Made by a program: the position numbers and the translations under genes. The notes under the pieces are model-generated. The model searched no databases, was not told where the DNA came from, and worked only from the letters and a program-made list of their open reading frames with translations. Positions 11,938 to 28,915 of a stretch of 64,000 nucleotides of DNA are shown here, one piece after another. The DNA comes from Tubulanus polymorphus (lineage: Eukaryota > Animalia > Nemertea). The first letter of the stretch is position 1; the number at the start of each line of letters is the position of its first letter. Location: positions 6,223,950 to 6,287,949 of the forward strand of contig NC_134026.1 in assembly GCF_964204645.1 (NCBI RefSeq). Reading direction: 5' to 3'.

Positions 11938-14900
11938 TCAGCGTCTATTCCCGGACGGTCGAAGCTGCTCTAATTTAGTTTGTAAGTTTTCTATCCGAGT
12001 GTCTTTCAGGTGCAGTAAATGTTCTAACCGGCGAATTTTGGCTTGCAAGATCTGAAACATTGATCACAAAAAATATCAGCATTGGATACGGCTATGTACC
12101 TACAGTCTTGGTAATATAAAATGAAATCCTACATTACGAGCCTGAAATGTTTCCTTGAACTAAAAGTTTATGACATTTGACTATATCCTAATAGTCATTC
12201 ATCTACAGGAATACTTAAGTAACAACAGAATTATGAAATATATATGCAATCTAGAACAAAGATACCTATTATACGTCAAAATAAACTGTAGCTTGAGGAC
12301 ACTTTTCGGACTGACTTTTGTTCTTTATTGTGACTTTATTATCGTCACAAAATGGACTCACAGCATTTCAGCAAGACTATTAGGGCAACGGTATATAGTC
12401 ATTCAGTATTTCTATGAATTTCTATGGGATTAAACCAGTTCCATAATTAGTTAGTTCATATTTAGCCCTAATGACTGAAAACTGTATTTAGCGCAGACTA
12501 TTACATGTAAATTTAATCGACAACCGTTAAAAACTGGGTCATGGAATCTCATCTGAGTGGCCACTTTCCCTGATTTTTCCATGTTATAACACAAAATTCG
12601 CTGAGTAAATCTGATGAATTTCTTGGTTAAAAAATTTCGCAATTGTTCCCTGAGCTTTCCAGGTTTTGGTAAGATTTGTCAAATTCTCTGAGTTTTCCCT
12701 GATTTTTTTCTGAGTTTTCCAGGTCAGTGGCAACCCTGCTCATTACGACGATTAAGACCATATGACTTGTCAAATCTACCATTATTGCAAGTTTGGCATT
12801 CAACGCACTACGTACCTGTACTGCTTCGTCTTTAGCGAGACATTCTTGTACTTTCTCTTCATAATCTATACGAGGCACCGCATCTGAACTGTACTGTTTC
12901 CCACCATCAGATGCAGCTGCTAATTTTGAGCTGAAATCATCGAAATCTCATATATACATATTGGACGATACAGATTTGTTATTGGAATATTTTTTTTCAA
13001 TTCATATAACGGTTTGAATCTATCTAGAAATAATGAAAAGAAAGCACAAATAAATGATTGCACACACCACTAACTATATGCAACTAAGGCTCTATATCAG
13101 TTAATTAGGCAGCAGCATTAACTGTATGAAAATTATGTAAAATAGAATTACTAGGGGATCATTCATTTATCATGTACGCATAAAATTTGAGTTTTTTTTC
13201 CTCGCCCCCCTTGTACGCAGAATCAGCCATTTTTCATAAGCATTTTAGTACCCATGCACTGACACCTGCCCCTCCCCCAATGCGTACGCAGGAATGACCC
13301 CTAGCACAAATACAATATCTACTACCAGGGGCTAGAGAACCACAGGTATACAGCTGTGAAAAATGGAAATTCGACTTCAACTCAAATATCGCAAAGATTC
13401 AATAACCAAAACAATTTTCAAAACAAAATGCACCCCGCACTAAAGTGACCATGGAGCAACAGAAATAGTTCAAAATCACTCTCAACATGCAAGAAACTTT
13501 TCAGCAGTGTTTGATGAAATAAATGAATTGACAATGCATGTAACAGAATGAACTTCATGCGAAAAATAACAACGAGAGCTTACTCCTGATAATCAAACTG
13601 AGGGTCAAAATCGAGCAAATCATCAGACCTTTAAATATACAAACATCATATTTTAGGGGATAGGGTAGGAAAAGGGAGTTGGTGTTGTTAGCTTAAGATG
13701 GTGAAATTACGGGTACATATAAATCAATCAATAGGTGATTTTATATAGTAGAACCTTCATATGTAACAAAACTAAAAAGTTTGATACCTGGATCCAGTTC
13801 CACAGTTCAGAGTTAACTCTAACTCACAACTGTGGAACCGGGCCAAGTAGTTCAATCATTCAGTAACAATTAACTTTTACAATAATTTCTACGAGTTTAT
13901 TATAAAATTTTGAACAGAATTCTAAAAATGTTTTCGCATTATTCAATAAAGATTACCATTAAACATATAAGAAGATTCTACTGTCTACTGTACAAGTACA
14001 TAGGAAGCAGGGAGAGGTGACATACCAGCAGTTTTGATGGTAGATTGTATGGGGTTCTACAATAACTGGACTCTGTGCACGATGACTTATAATATGTGTT
14101 GGATTATAATTAAGGTGCTGCGAGTAGTAGATATCGCTATCAGTAGTAGTAGTACCGCTAGTATAGTCCGTATCATAATCATAGTCCCTGAATATTAGAC
14201 AGACCGTTACTGTTTCACACCATAAACCAATCTCAGACGATCAAATCATTTTAAACAATCCTAAATGGTCTAAAAATTTGCCAAAAACCCAGTTTTAAAC
14301 TCTCCCACAGCCCAGTGCTTGGACAAGGCTTATATTCTAAGACCAGTGTAAGGCAATCTTGCTTTATAGCCAAACTATGACCAGTCTGGTGATGTAAGAC
14401 CACTTTCAAAATAAAGCCACAACCAGGCCTACGGTGAACTTAACTACGGTAAGTTGCATTGGTCCTCTGGGTTGAAATTAAAACTGGGCCCTTGATTGAT
14501 ACCGAAACCACTGGCAGAAAAGCCCTGCGTTCAGAAACTGTGGTTTCAAAGTAAAGCAATTTCTAGGCTTGTAGAATTTTTGAAAATCAACGATGATTTT
14601 TCATAAAAACATGATGATTTTGTATTTAAAATATAAGGGAACACAGTCCGTAAAAACTGTATTGAAAAGAGAAGATAGATTGAGAAGAATGGAACTATAC
14701 TACACGTTTGAGGTTTATATGTTTACGACATACCGGTGATAGTTAGAATGGAAATCAACCATGTTACGCTGTTTTTTGAAATGGTTCGAAGGAGATCTAG
14801 TCCCTCCTCGGTGACTAGCGGGAGGTAACTTCATTCTCTGATGATGACCGCGGCCGCCGCTATCATCAGAAGAAAATCATCATCATTCATTCACATATTC

Positions 14901-17900
14901 GTTATAATTCAAACTGTTAGTAATGAACTAGACTGTCGGACTGTCAGGTACATAGGGTGTAGAACTTCTCATGTATCAATCACAATCAAAGACACCAGGA
15001 AATGAATCCATCATTTTTACTGATACTAGTAAGAAATTAATAATATCTTCTCGTTTGAGTTAATGGTAGTTTATGGTTAGTTAAATATAAGGCAGGTTTC
15101 GATTGAATGTGTCCCAGTATAAGAATAGTAATTCCGGATTACAAACTCTCTACCGGCTACTACTGTCAGTTTATTAGATTATGCTATTCTGCAAAAGGTA
15201 AGAGTATTCTGGTCGAAACAAACGCACCAATTGAAACCTGCTTGAGTCTGTAATGTTCCATTCAATTATTTACTGGTATGTTGGGAATATATGAGGCAAT
15301 TTAGCGTAAACAATAATTAGACTGTATCTGAGTTAAAACTTGTAGTAGCCATGCTAAGCCCAATATCAAACACCAAAAGCAGGCTGTAATGTAGGAAATG
15401 AAACACAGACTGTTGACATAAACTGTTGATATCAGATGGTGATCCCGGGGTGTACGTATAGCGTGTAAAATAGGTTTCTCTAGTGGAGGTTTGAGGAGTG
15501 AGAGGATGAGGTTGAGGAGGTGCCACAGGAGGAGGAGCTGGTGGTAACTGGTGCGAGGAGCTACATTAAAATAAAACAACATCACATCAAAAACAATACA
15601 TGTATAGCAATTTCGTCATAGTGAATATCTATTGAAACGTGCACGTGACGAAGATTTATAGAGATGATACTAACCGTGCTTGTTTTCCACCACCGCCCGC
15701 TTTCTGGTGACTGGGATACGACTCCTGCTGGTGATGGTGATTATAACCTGAAAATGATAACCAAGACCGGGGTCACGAAGGAAAGAAGATACATTTCTTG
15801 GATAATGCAGCAACATCAAGGGCCACTAGCTGGGTCCCAGACTGGGTATTTTTTGAAGAAATTTTTAAAGATGCAAACCCCGAGAGGATGAGTATCAAAT
15901 TTGCCGGTTAAAACTATCTTAGTCTTGATGCAAGGGTAACCTAATTTGGCAGGTAGGGGTCGTGACCCCCACTGAGACCACCCCCGGTGTCCAGTTCCAT
16001 AGTCTTTGACTTTTGAATTACAGCGGAAATGAACTTGTTTCAACCCTAGAAACAAACAACTAAGGTTCCATATACTTGGTAACTGGATAACAGAAATGTA
16101 CGTGTAATTATTAGAATATATAGATTATTTTGATACCTTTAGGAGATGACTGATCGACTTCAGGCCGATCACTCACATATCCGGACGATTCTGTTTTCTT
16201 TTTGATTTTTTCTCTCAAATGCGTGAGAACTTTTTCGATGACCATCGGCCGACTCAACGCTATACTGCGTATCACATCTTCGGAAAGTTCTATGTGTAAC
16301 TTCCTCAAAACCTTTCTGTAAATTCAAGGTGAAAAGATCTCTATTTTTAGAATGACTGAATTAAAATGCTTGTGGTCTAGTTTCACAAAAATCATTTCTA
16401 AGATAAACTAAAATATGAAGAAATATAATCGATTTAAGATTTGGACTCGGCTTGATTTTAGAATAAAGTTTAACAAAGAATTTGATCACGTATTGCTCAT
16501 GATTACTTCATATCAAAAAGATATTCATCAATTTTTTTGTATTACAGGAGTCAGTTCCACAGTTCTTGAGTTAAATTTGACTCTAAGTAAAATCAGTTCA
16601 TTTTCAAAATCAGAAAACTCTCGAGTGGAACCTTAACTCGGAACTGTGAAACCGTGTTCTGAAGCCTGAGATAAACTTATGATATAAACTAAGCAGAATT
16701 CATTTTTTTCAATTCAATCAGTTAGGCGGTATATACCTGTTGAGGAGGTGCCAGTTTTCCTCTTTTTGTTTAGTAGCGTTAGCAGGAACGTAGTTATGCA
16801 ATTCGACGAGTCGAGGAAAATAATGTTTGATCATTTCTGCCACCAGTACTGTTTATAAGAAAGTTAATTACACTCATAATCAATGTTAAATACACTTTTG
16901 ATTAGAACTGATTAGAAGAGTTCTGAAACAGGTATCAGTTTGCTGTCTGTACTGTGCACCTGCTTAGACAATCAACATTTGATTGTTTTAGTCTGAATGA
17001 TCTAATTTTATGAACAAGATGATGAAATTACCATTTGAGGATTCAGGTAAAAATGGTGGCTTCATTCTCCTGGTACGGATACAGACAGATGATTGTCTGA
17101 GGGGGTCAGTTACAGGTTGTGGCTGGAATTTTAGACCAGTTCAAGACCAGTCTTAAGATTTTAGACAACTTTTGTATTTAAGCTGCAACAGTGCAATTGG
17201 GCACTAGTTAACCATGGGAAGGCCATAAAACCAGCCATAACAGGTAATCTAATTGCCAAGAAAATTGTTAAATACAAGATCACTATAAAACAACTGTTAG
17301 GGCATGTTAATATATAAATGATTGGTTGTTGTGGAGTGATACACGGTGCTTTTGTTTGATACCTCTTCAGTTGTTTCCAATTGTCAATTTTTTTATCGAA
17401 ACCGTGGCAAGTCGGATAGTTGTGAACCTCGATTAACTTTGGAAAGTAGTGTTTTATGATTTCGGCGAACAAAACTAGAACGAATCGATTCAAACAAATA
17501 GAAAAAAAAAACACGATTTGTTGAAAACCTGGTGACTTGACATCGCAAACATTAGACTACAATTCAACTGAACAAAATAAATATTGACTGAAAATCACAA
17601 TGAATAAATAAAACATAAAGAAAGCTTCTGACAACAAGAATTGACTTACTATAAAACTATCACTATAAAACAACTGTTAGGGCATGTTAATATATAAATG
17701 ATTGGTTGTTGTGGAGTGATACACGGTGCTTTTGTTTGATACCTCTTCAGTTGTTTCCAATTGTCAATTTTTTTATCGAAACCGTGGCAAGTCGGATAGT
17801 TGTGAACCTCGATTAACTTTGGAAAGTAGTGTTTTATGATTTCGGCGAACAAAACTAGAACGAATCGATTCAAACAAATAGAAAAAAAAAACACGATTTG

Positions 17901-18736
17901 TTGAAAACCTGGTGACTTGACATCGCAAACATTAGACTACAATTCAACTGAACAAAATAAATATTGACTGAAAATCACAATGAATAAATAAAACATAAAG
18001 AAAGCTTCTGACAACAAGAATTGACTTGTAATTTAATACACTAGGGTTGAAGGTTTTCTAGAGAAGCGCTTGACACGATCATAGCAACATAACAAAACAG
18101 AACACATCCTCAAAATGCAGATCACCACGGTTTGTTGCTTAGAAACCTGGTAGGGGTCTTAAAATCAATGTTCAACAACCATCCTAGCAAGGGTTTATAA
18201 CATCCTTGTTGACCGACCAAATTCCAGGGCCCAATTCTATGACTTGATATTGACTAATTTTCATATTGATATATTTCAATCATTAAAGCATGTGAAAATG
18301 TGAATACCAGAAATTGCTATTTCATTTGGAGGTGAATACAGTCTATCAAAGATTAGTTAAAGTGAATTTTCCTTTATTTGTGGTAGTCATCAGGACTAGG
18401 GAACGGACCAAAATCTATTGTTAGGGAACTGACCAGAATGTGGTCATCAGGAGATAGTGACCAAGCAATTTCACAGCTTCTGACATATTCAAGATGACCT
18501 TACTGTTTTCATACATAAGTCTTGCTATAATACTCAGTTGTAGAATGTTTGCAGGGAATTTGGGACACAAAGCTTTAGCCTAAGTGACTTCTAACCACTA
18601 TCTTTAGGTTTAACAGGCTTCGGTTCTTACCTCCATCGGAGAAATCTCTCGTCATGTTGCGTTTAGGTCGAGAAAGTGGAATTTCATCGACCCAACTGTA
18701 TAAATCTTTTAACTCGTCGTCATCAAGATCTTCCAT
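11938..18736 (-). CDS. SPEF1: Sperm flagellar protein 1 (CLAMP), CH domain plus C-terminal coiled coil; exons 18736-18631, one of [17854-17743 | 17474-17363 | 16848-16737], 16315-16137, 15747-15675, 15560-~15456, 14859-14734, 14187-14026, 13628-13584, 12930-12816, 12051-11938
   Basis: N-terminus LYSWVDEIPLSRPKRNMTRDFSDG-VLVAEMIKHYFPRLVELHNYVPAN..NW..LNRKVL and C-terminus ILQAKIRRLEHLLHLKDTRIENL are characteristic of SPEF1. Junction phases are consistent; the donor of the 15560 exon is uncertain. Confidence 0.9.
12553..12738. mobile_element. MITE family A (TIR CAGGGTGGCCACT); other copies ~20864-21068, 22843-23100, 24324-24478, 46994-47262
   Basis: Several intronic copies share ends resembling cagggtggccactt ... 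agtggc(c/a)accctg and internal ttccctga repeats. Copies at 22843 and 46994 share internal sequence in opposite orientations. Confidence 0.75.
13153..13302. mobile_element. MITE with GGGG(A)TCATTC...GAATGACCCC termini (PIF/Harbinger-like by resemblance); partial copy ~25735-25872
   Basis: Terminal inverted repeats with sub-terminal tgtacgca/tgcgtac motifs. Similar body in an HSPA9 intron. Confidence 0.6.
13788..13847. mobile_element. MITE family B (TIR ctgga(t/c)ccagttccacagtt); copies at ~16548-16660, 23932-24044, 46468-46680, 56093-56379, 58230-58497, 59681-59904, 60762-60804
   Basis: Recurrent inverted termini ccagttccacagtt / aactgtggaactgg with a shared gagttaactctaactc core. Copies are often clustered or back-to-back. 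Confidence 0.75.
17279..18027. repeat. Exact 369-bp tandem duplication (17279-17647 and 17659-18027) containing a SPEF1 exon
   Basis: Two copies with period 380, no mismatch seen on reading, separated by the 11-nt linker actataaaact. Confidence 0.95.
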
Positions 18737-19186
18737 ATTTTCATGATCGCGTGATCCTTCCACTTCCACTTCAATCACTTCCACAACTACTTAATGAGCG
18801 TTCCACTACACCAGCACCAGACGCTTTCACTTGCTCGATAGTAAATTCTGAAATAGTTAGATAGTCTTCATTATATAAAAGAATCTGACATTCCAACAGA
18901 AGCATTTCTAGAAACGTCATTTCACCAAGTCGAAATAAAGCATTGAATTGAATTTGTTAGCATAATTCAGAATAATCAGTAAACTATTGCTAATTCAGGC
19001 CTAAATTTGGCTTATTACGAACACCAATAGGGGAAAATGTAATCAATGAACTGATTATACAAACCTGAATGAATTTAAGTCGTTTTAAAGTGAAAATACG
19101 TCAACGATTGTAAGAAATAAAACCCGTATCCACTGTAAACAATATACAACTAACCGCAGGGTGGCAGCACTATGTAGTCACTGATC

Positions 19187-19350
19187 GTGGACAGCTGGTC
19201 TAATGGCTAACATGCTTGCTTTCTACGTACGAGACCCGGGTTCGATGCCCGGTCGGGACGCGTTGGGACTTAGCCCAATCACTGTGCTCTGATCATACAC
19301 TGACTACCCGGTCAAATTGTCCATTCCGATCGATAAATAGAGTGTTAAAA
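19187..19350 (+). mobile_element. tRNA-derived SINE (or tRNA pseudogene)
   Basis: A-box-like TGGTCTAATGG (19196-19206), B-box GGTTCGATGCC inside T-arm ccggg-ttcgatg-cccgg, no acceptor-stem pairing, then an unrelated body and A-rich end. Confidence 0.7.
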
Positions 19351-20465
19351 GTCAGAAATAGAAAAATATAGTGACCCTTATTGATTCAGCGGTTAGGTGT
19401 TTGAACAAAATTTAAGAATTCCTGAACTTTCTCAGAGTCTAGCTCGCAAAATTGTAAATAGTTTGTCCACTAGATAGTTTAAAGACGAACGATAACCACA
19501 CTCAAACGTGGTGAACGGATAATAAGATAAAAACCCACTATTAACAGATTAAAAGAATTTAAAACAAGAATTTATTTATTCAACCTAAAATATATATAAG
19601 ACACGACGTTTCGATCTCACCCTGATCATCGTCTGGCAAGCGAGTTTTATGTTAGTTCACGTTTTCCGGCTATCGTTTTATTTTGGGGCAGCACTAGACA
19701 GTCGCGATCTGTTTTCTGAAGCGGGCGAATAATCGATAAATGTGGTCTCAATATCTAATTCCAACAACGTAATGAAACTGCTCTTTTTATCAAAGCTCCA
19801 AGCCACTTCATGACACCCGCAGATCCCTCGGTGCAGCACACAATCCCGTTTAAACATGTTCATGTCCTGCTTAAAGATTTGATTTATATCTCCTGCAGAT
19901 TCTAGCATTGAGCCTGGCAGTATTTAGCCTCATTTTGATGGACAAGTTCTACCTCAACACAAAACCCAATATCAAACTCATAAAATGAACAAAATTGTTT
20001 TTTCTGGAGGTTCTCTTACTTTCGTTATATTTTTTCTAGTTGGAAGTGACAGCACTTTACTATGACATATGTACACATATTTTTGTTCAACAAAAATAAG
20101 GCAGAATTCAATTTCACAACTAATGCACTTAAATCGATTATTGTTCGCTTCTGAATATACACAAAAAATCAAAGACAAACATAGCGTTGACTAGACTCTA
20201 ATCAACTAATTCTAATTCCGATAATGATAAATCATTGAATTCATAATCAAATCATACAGAGTAATGGTTTTACAGTTTGAAATATTTTGAGTGTATACTT
20301 CACATTTACTGCTGTATATAACAAATAGTCTATCAACGAGAGCAGTACTATCCTATATACACACAACACTTTAATCAGCATCTGTACAAAACTGTATAAA
20401 TAATCATCAATTAACTTTAAAATTCTGAATGTTTCTTATCTCTAGTTTCTACGTTCAATTCGTAA

Positions 20466-26764
<6,299 letters not shown>

Positions 26765-26895
26765 GATGATTTCAGTTTAAAGGTGCCTAATTAGTGAATT
26801 AATTAGTGCTGAATTGATTAACACACGTGTGTGCAGTCTCAGTGTTGGGTTGATACTAAACCACAATCGGCATGATGCAATCAACCGTGCTTAAA

Positions 26896-26905
26896 GCGCA
26901 TGCGC
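26896..26905. promoter_or_regulatory. NRF1-type palindrome GCGCATGCGC upstream of HSPA9
   Basis: Exact NRF1 core about 130 bp upstream of the ATG of a nuclear-encoded mitochondrial chaperone. Confidence 0.55.
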
Positions 26906-27072
26906 TAGGAATACTGGTTACATAAACTCATCGGTTTAGAGAATAATCTGAGATATGACAATAAAAAGGTTCTTTTCGTGGATGTGTTCAATCTCTTAGC
27001 TCCTTACTTCGTACAAAATATATGGAATATCTTTATTTAAGGTGTACTGTTATTTGGGATTCGAACCTCAAA

Positions 27073-27092
27073 TGTCTAGAAAGTTCTAGCAA
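27073..27092. promoter_or_regulatory. Heat-shock-element-like array
   Basis: tGTCtaGAAagTTCtaGCAa: four alternating nGAAn units, two perfect, about 310 bp upstream of HSPA9. CCAAT boxes lie at ~27320, 27351 and 27361. Confidence 0.4.
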
Positions 27093-28915
27093 ATCAGCTA
27101 AAAGAGAAACTTTATCTTGTCATATCCATACGATTTCATTTTCTAATTCGTAAAATGTTTATCTTAATGGCACGTATAACAACATATATTTATCATCTTG
27201 TATTTAGTTTCATTACTTTCATAACAATGCAACCCAAAGTACCCTTTAAGGATATTTTGAGTTCATTACGCTTTCGCCTATTTGTTTTCAAGATGCGCAA
27301 TCATGCGTGCTAAGCACTCATTGGTTCTTGGATCAGGCGTGGTCATTTTGATTGGCTAAGCCAATGGCGGGAAATCTGTCAGCGATTGTAGTAATCCATA
27401 CAGCGACAACGGTCGAGTCCCCAAAATAATACACACTGGCATTTTCGCACAATTGTTCAAATAGAATAGATTTCATGTAATTTTGAACGCTTTTAAATTA
27501 TATGATTTTCAATTAAATCTTATATCTGCTCAAAACAAACCCATAGCTAGCGTATTGAGATTTCAGCCTAACAAAAAGGGCCCGATCGATTATACCGTGG
27601 GGGGACGGGCACATTTTTCGAGTGGTTCGTAGTACAAATCGTTAGTTTGTCGCGCTTCTAGACCTATCTGATTTTTTTGTAATTGGTTTTTGCTTAATTG
27701 ACACGTCCGACACGACGCAACGTTACAGTACAGTTAGACGACAGGTGCGTGGGCGTCCAGACAGAGCGCACTCGGCGTGTGACATGACATCGACTGATCT
27801 ATCGCGTCAAATCCATGCGCCAATTATTAGAAATTCATCCATATCAATCAATATTGTCTCCGACTATCAGACCTGAAAAACACACTCAGAGACACTAGAC
27901 ATAAGAACATTCCATCCCAAATTCTCAAGGTCATAGTCCTTCTATCGAAATGATACCCGTCTTGTTCCCGCTGAAACGCGTGGTTTTCGAACTGAGTGTA
28001 TCACATTAATCTTAATAAATATTTGCGTCAATCCTTGACTCATTTTCATTTGACATGTTGATTATTGCGGTTTTAAAACCAAGTCACATTTATTTTCACG
28101 GGAGACGAAACAATCCTACCCGGCAGTGCACGCCTGCTCGAGGCCATTATATAGGAAGCTATAATTAGTAAAATCGCCTGTTTACGCAAATCGGAAACCC
28201 CCATGTGGTGTGGTTTAGATTACGCCATTGTTATTATATGTGGGATAAATAGTTTATTTGAATTTCAAATCAACTTCAAACAAACAATAGAAAGACCCAC
28301 AGAACTGACGCGTTTGAAAACCGCAACATGATGACCGCATGCAGAGTAATGTGCGTACTACATTCACTATACAACCCAACAGCGCGTGCGCAGTAATGAA
28401 TGGAGTGGTCTCGTCTCCATCCGCTTAGAATGCTCGCGATCTAACATATTTTACACATATATAAATGAATTTAACTATCACTACATATTTACTTCGATAG
28501 TTCAAAATAACGTTAATTTATAATTTCCATTCTAAAATCGACCCAGTGGTTAGATAATAGTTTGTAATAGAAGATGGAACTATTTCTTCGCCGCCGGTAG
28601 ACACGTAGTGAGTAATACGTCACACGGTGCGGTTTAATGCGCAGTGGTTTCACATCGTACGTTCATTCAGTACGATTCATTCACAAATATCGGTGGAATG
28701 AGCGCAGGCGGGAAAACCGTGTAGGCGGCTTCGATGGACTCGTTCACCATAGTAGGATGGTACTAACCATATCGGTTTATGTATTTACGTGATAATGACT
28801 AAATTCTACCGATGACTGACAACGTTTTCTAAATGTTACCGAATTGGATTTCGTTGTTGTCGTTACAGAGGAGAAAAATAACTTCGTGCTGGCTTGTTTT
28901 ATTTTGACAATAAGA

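Noticed and set aside
19189-19260. Functional tRNA gene
   Set aside because: Acceptor stem does not pair and the anticodon arm is irregular, so it is treated as a SINE head.
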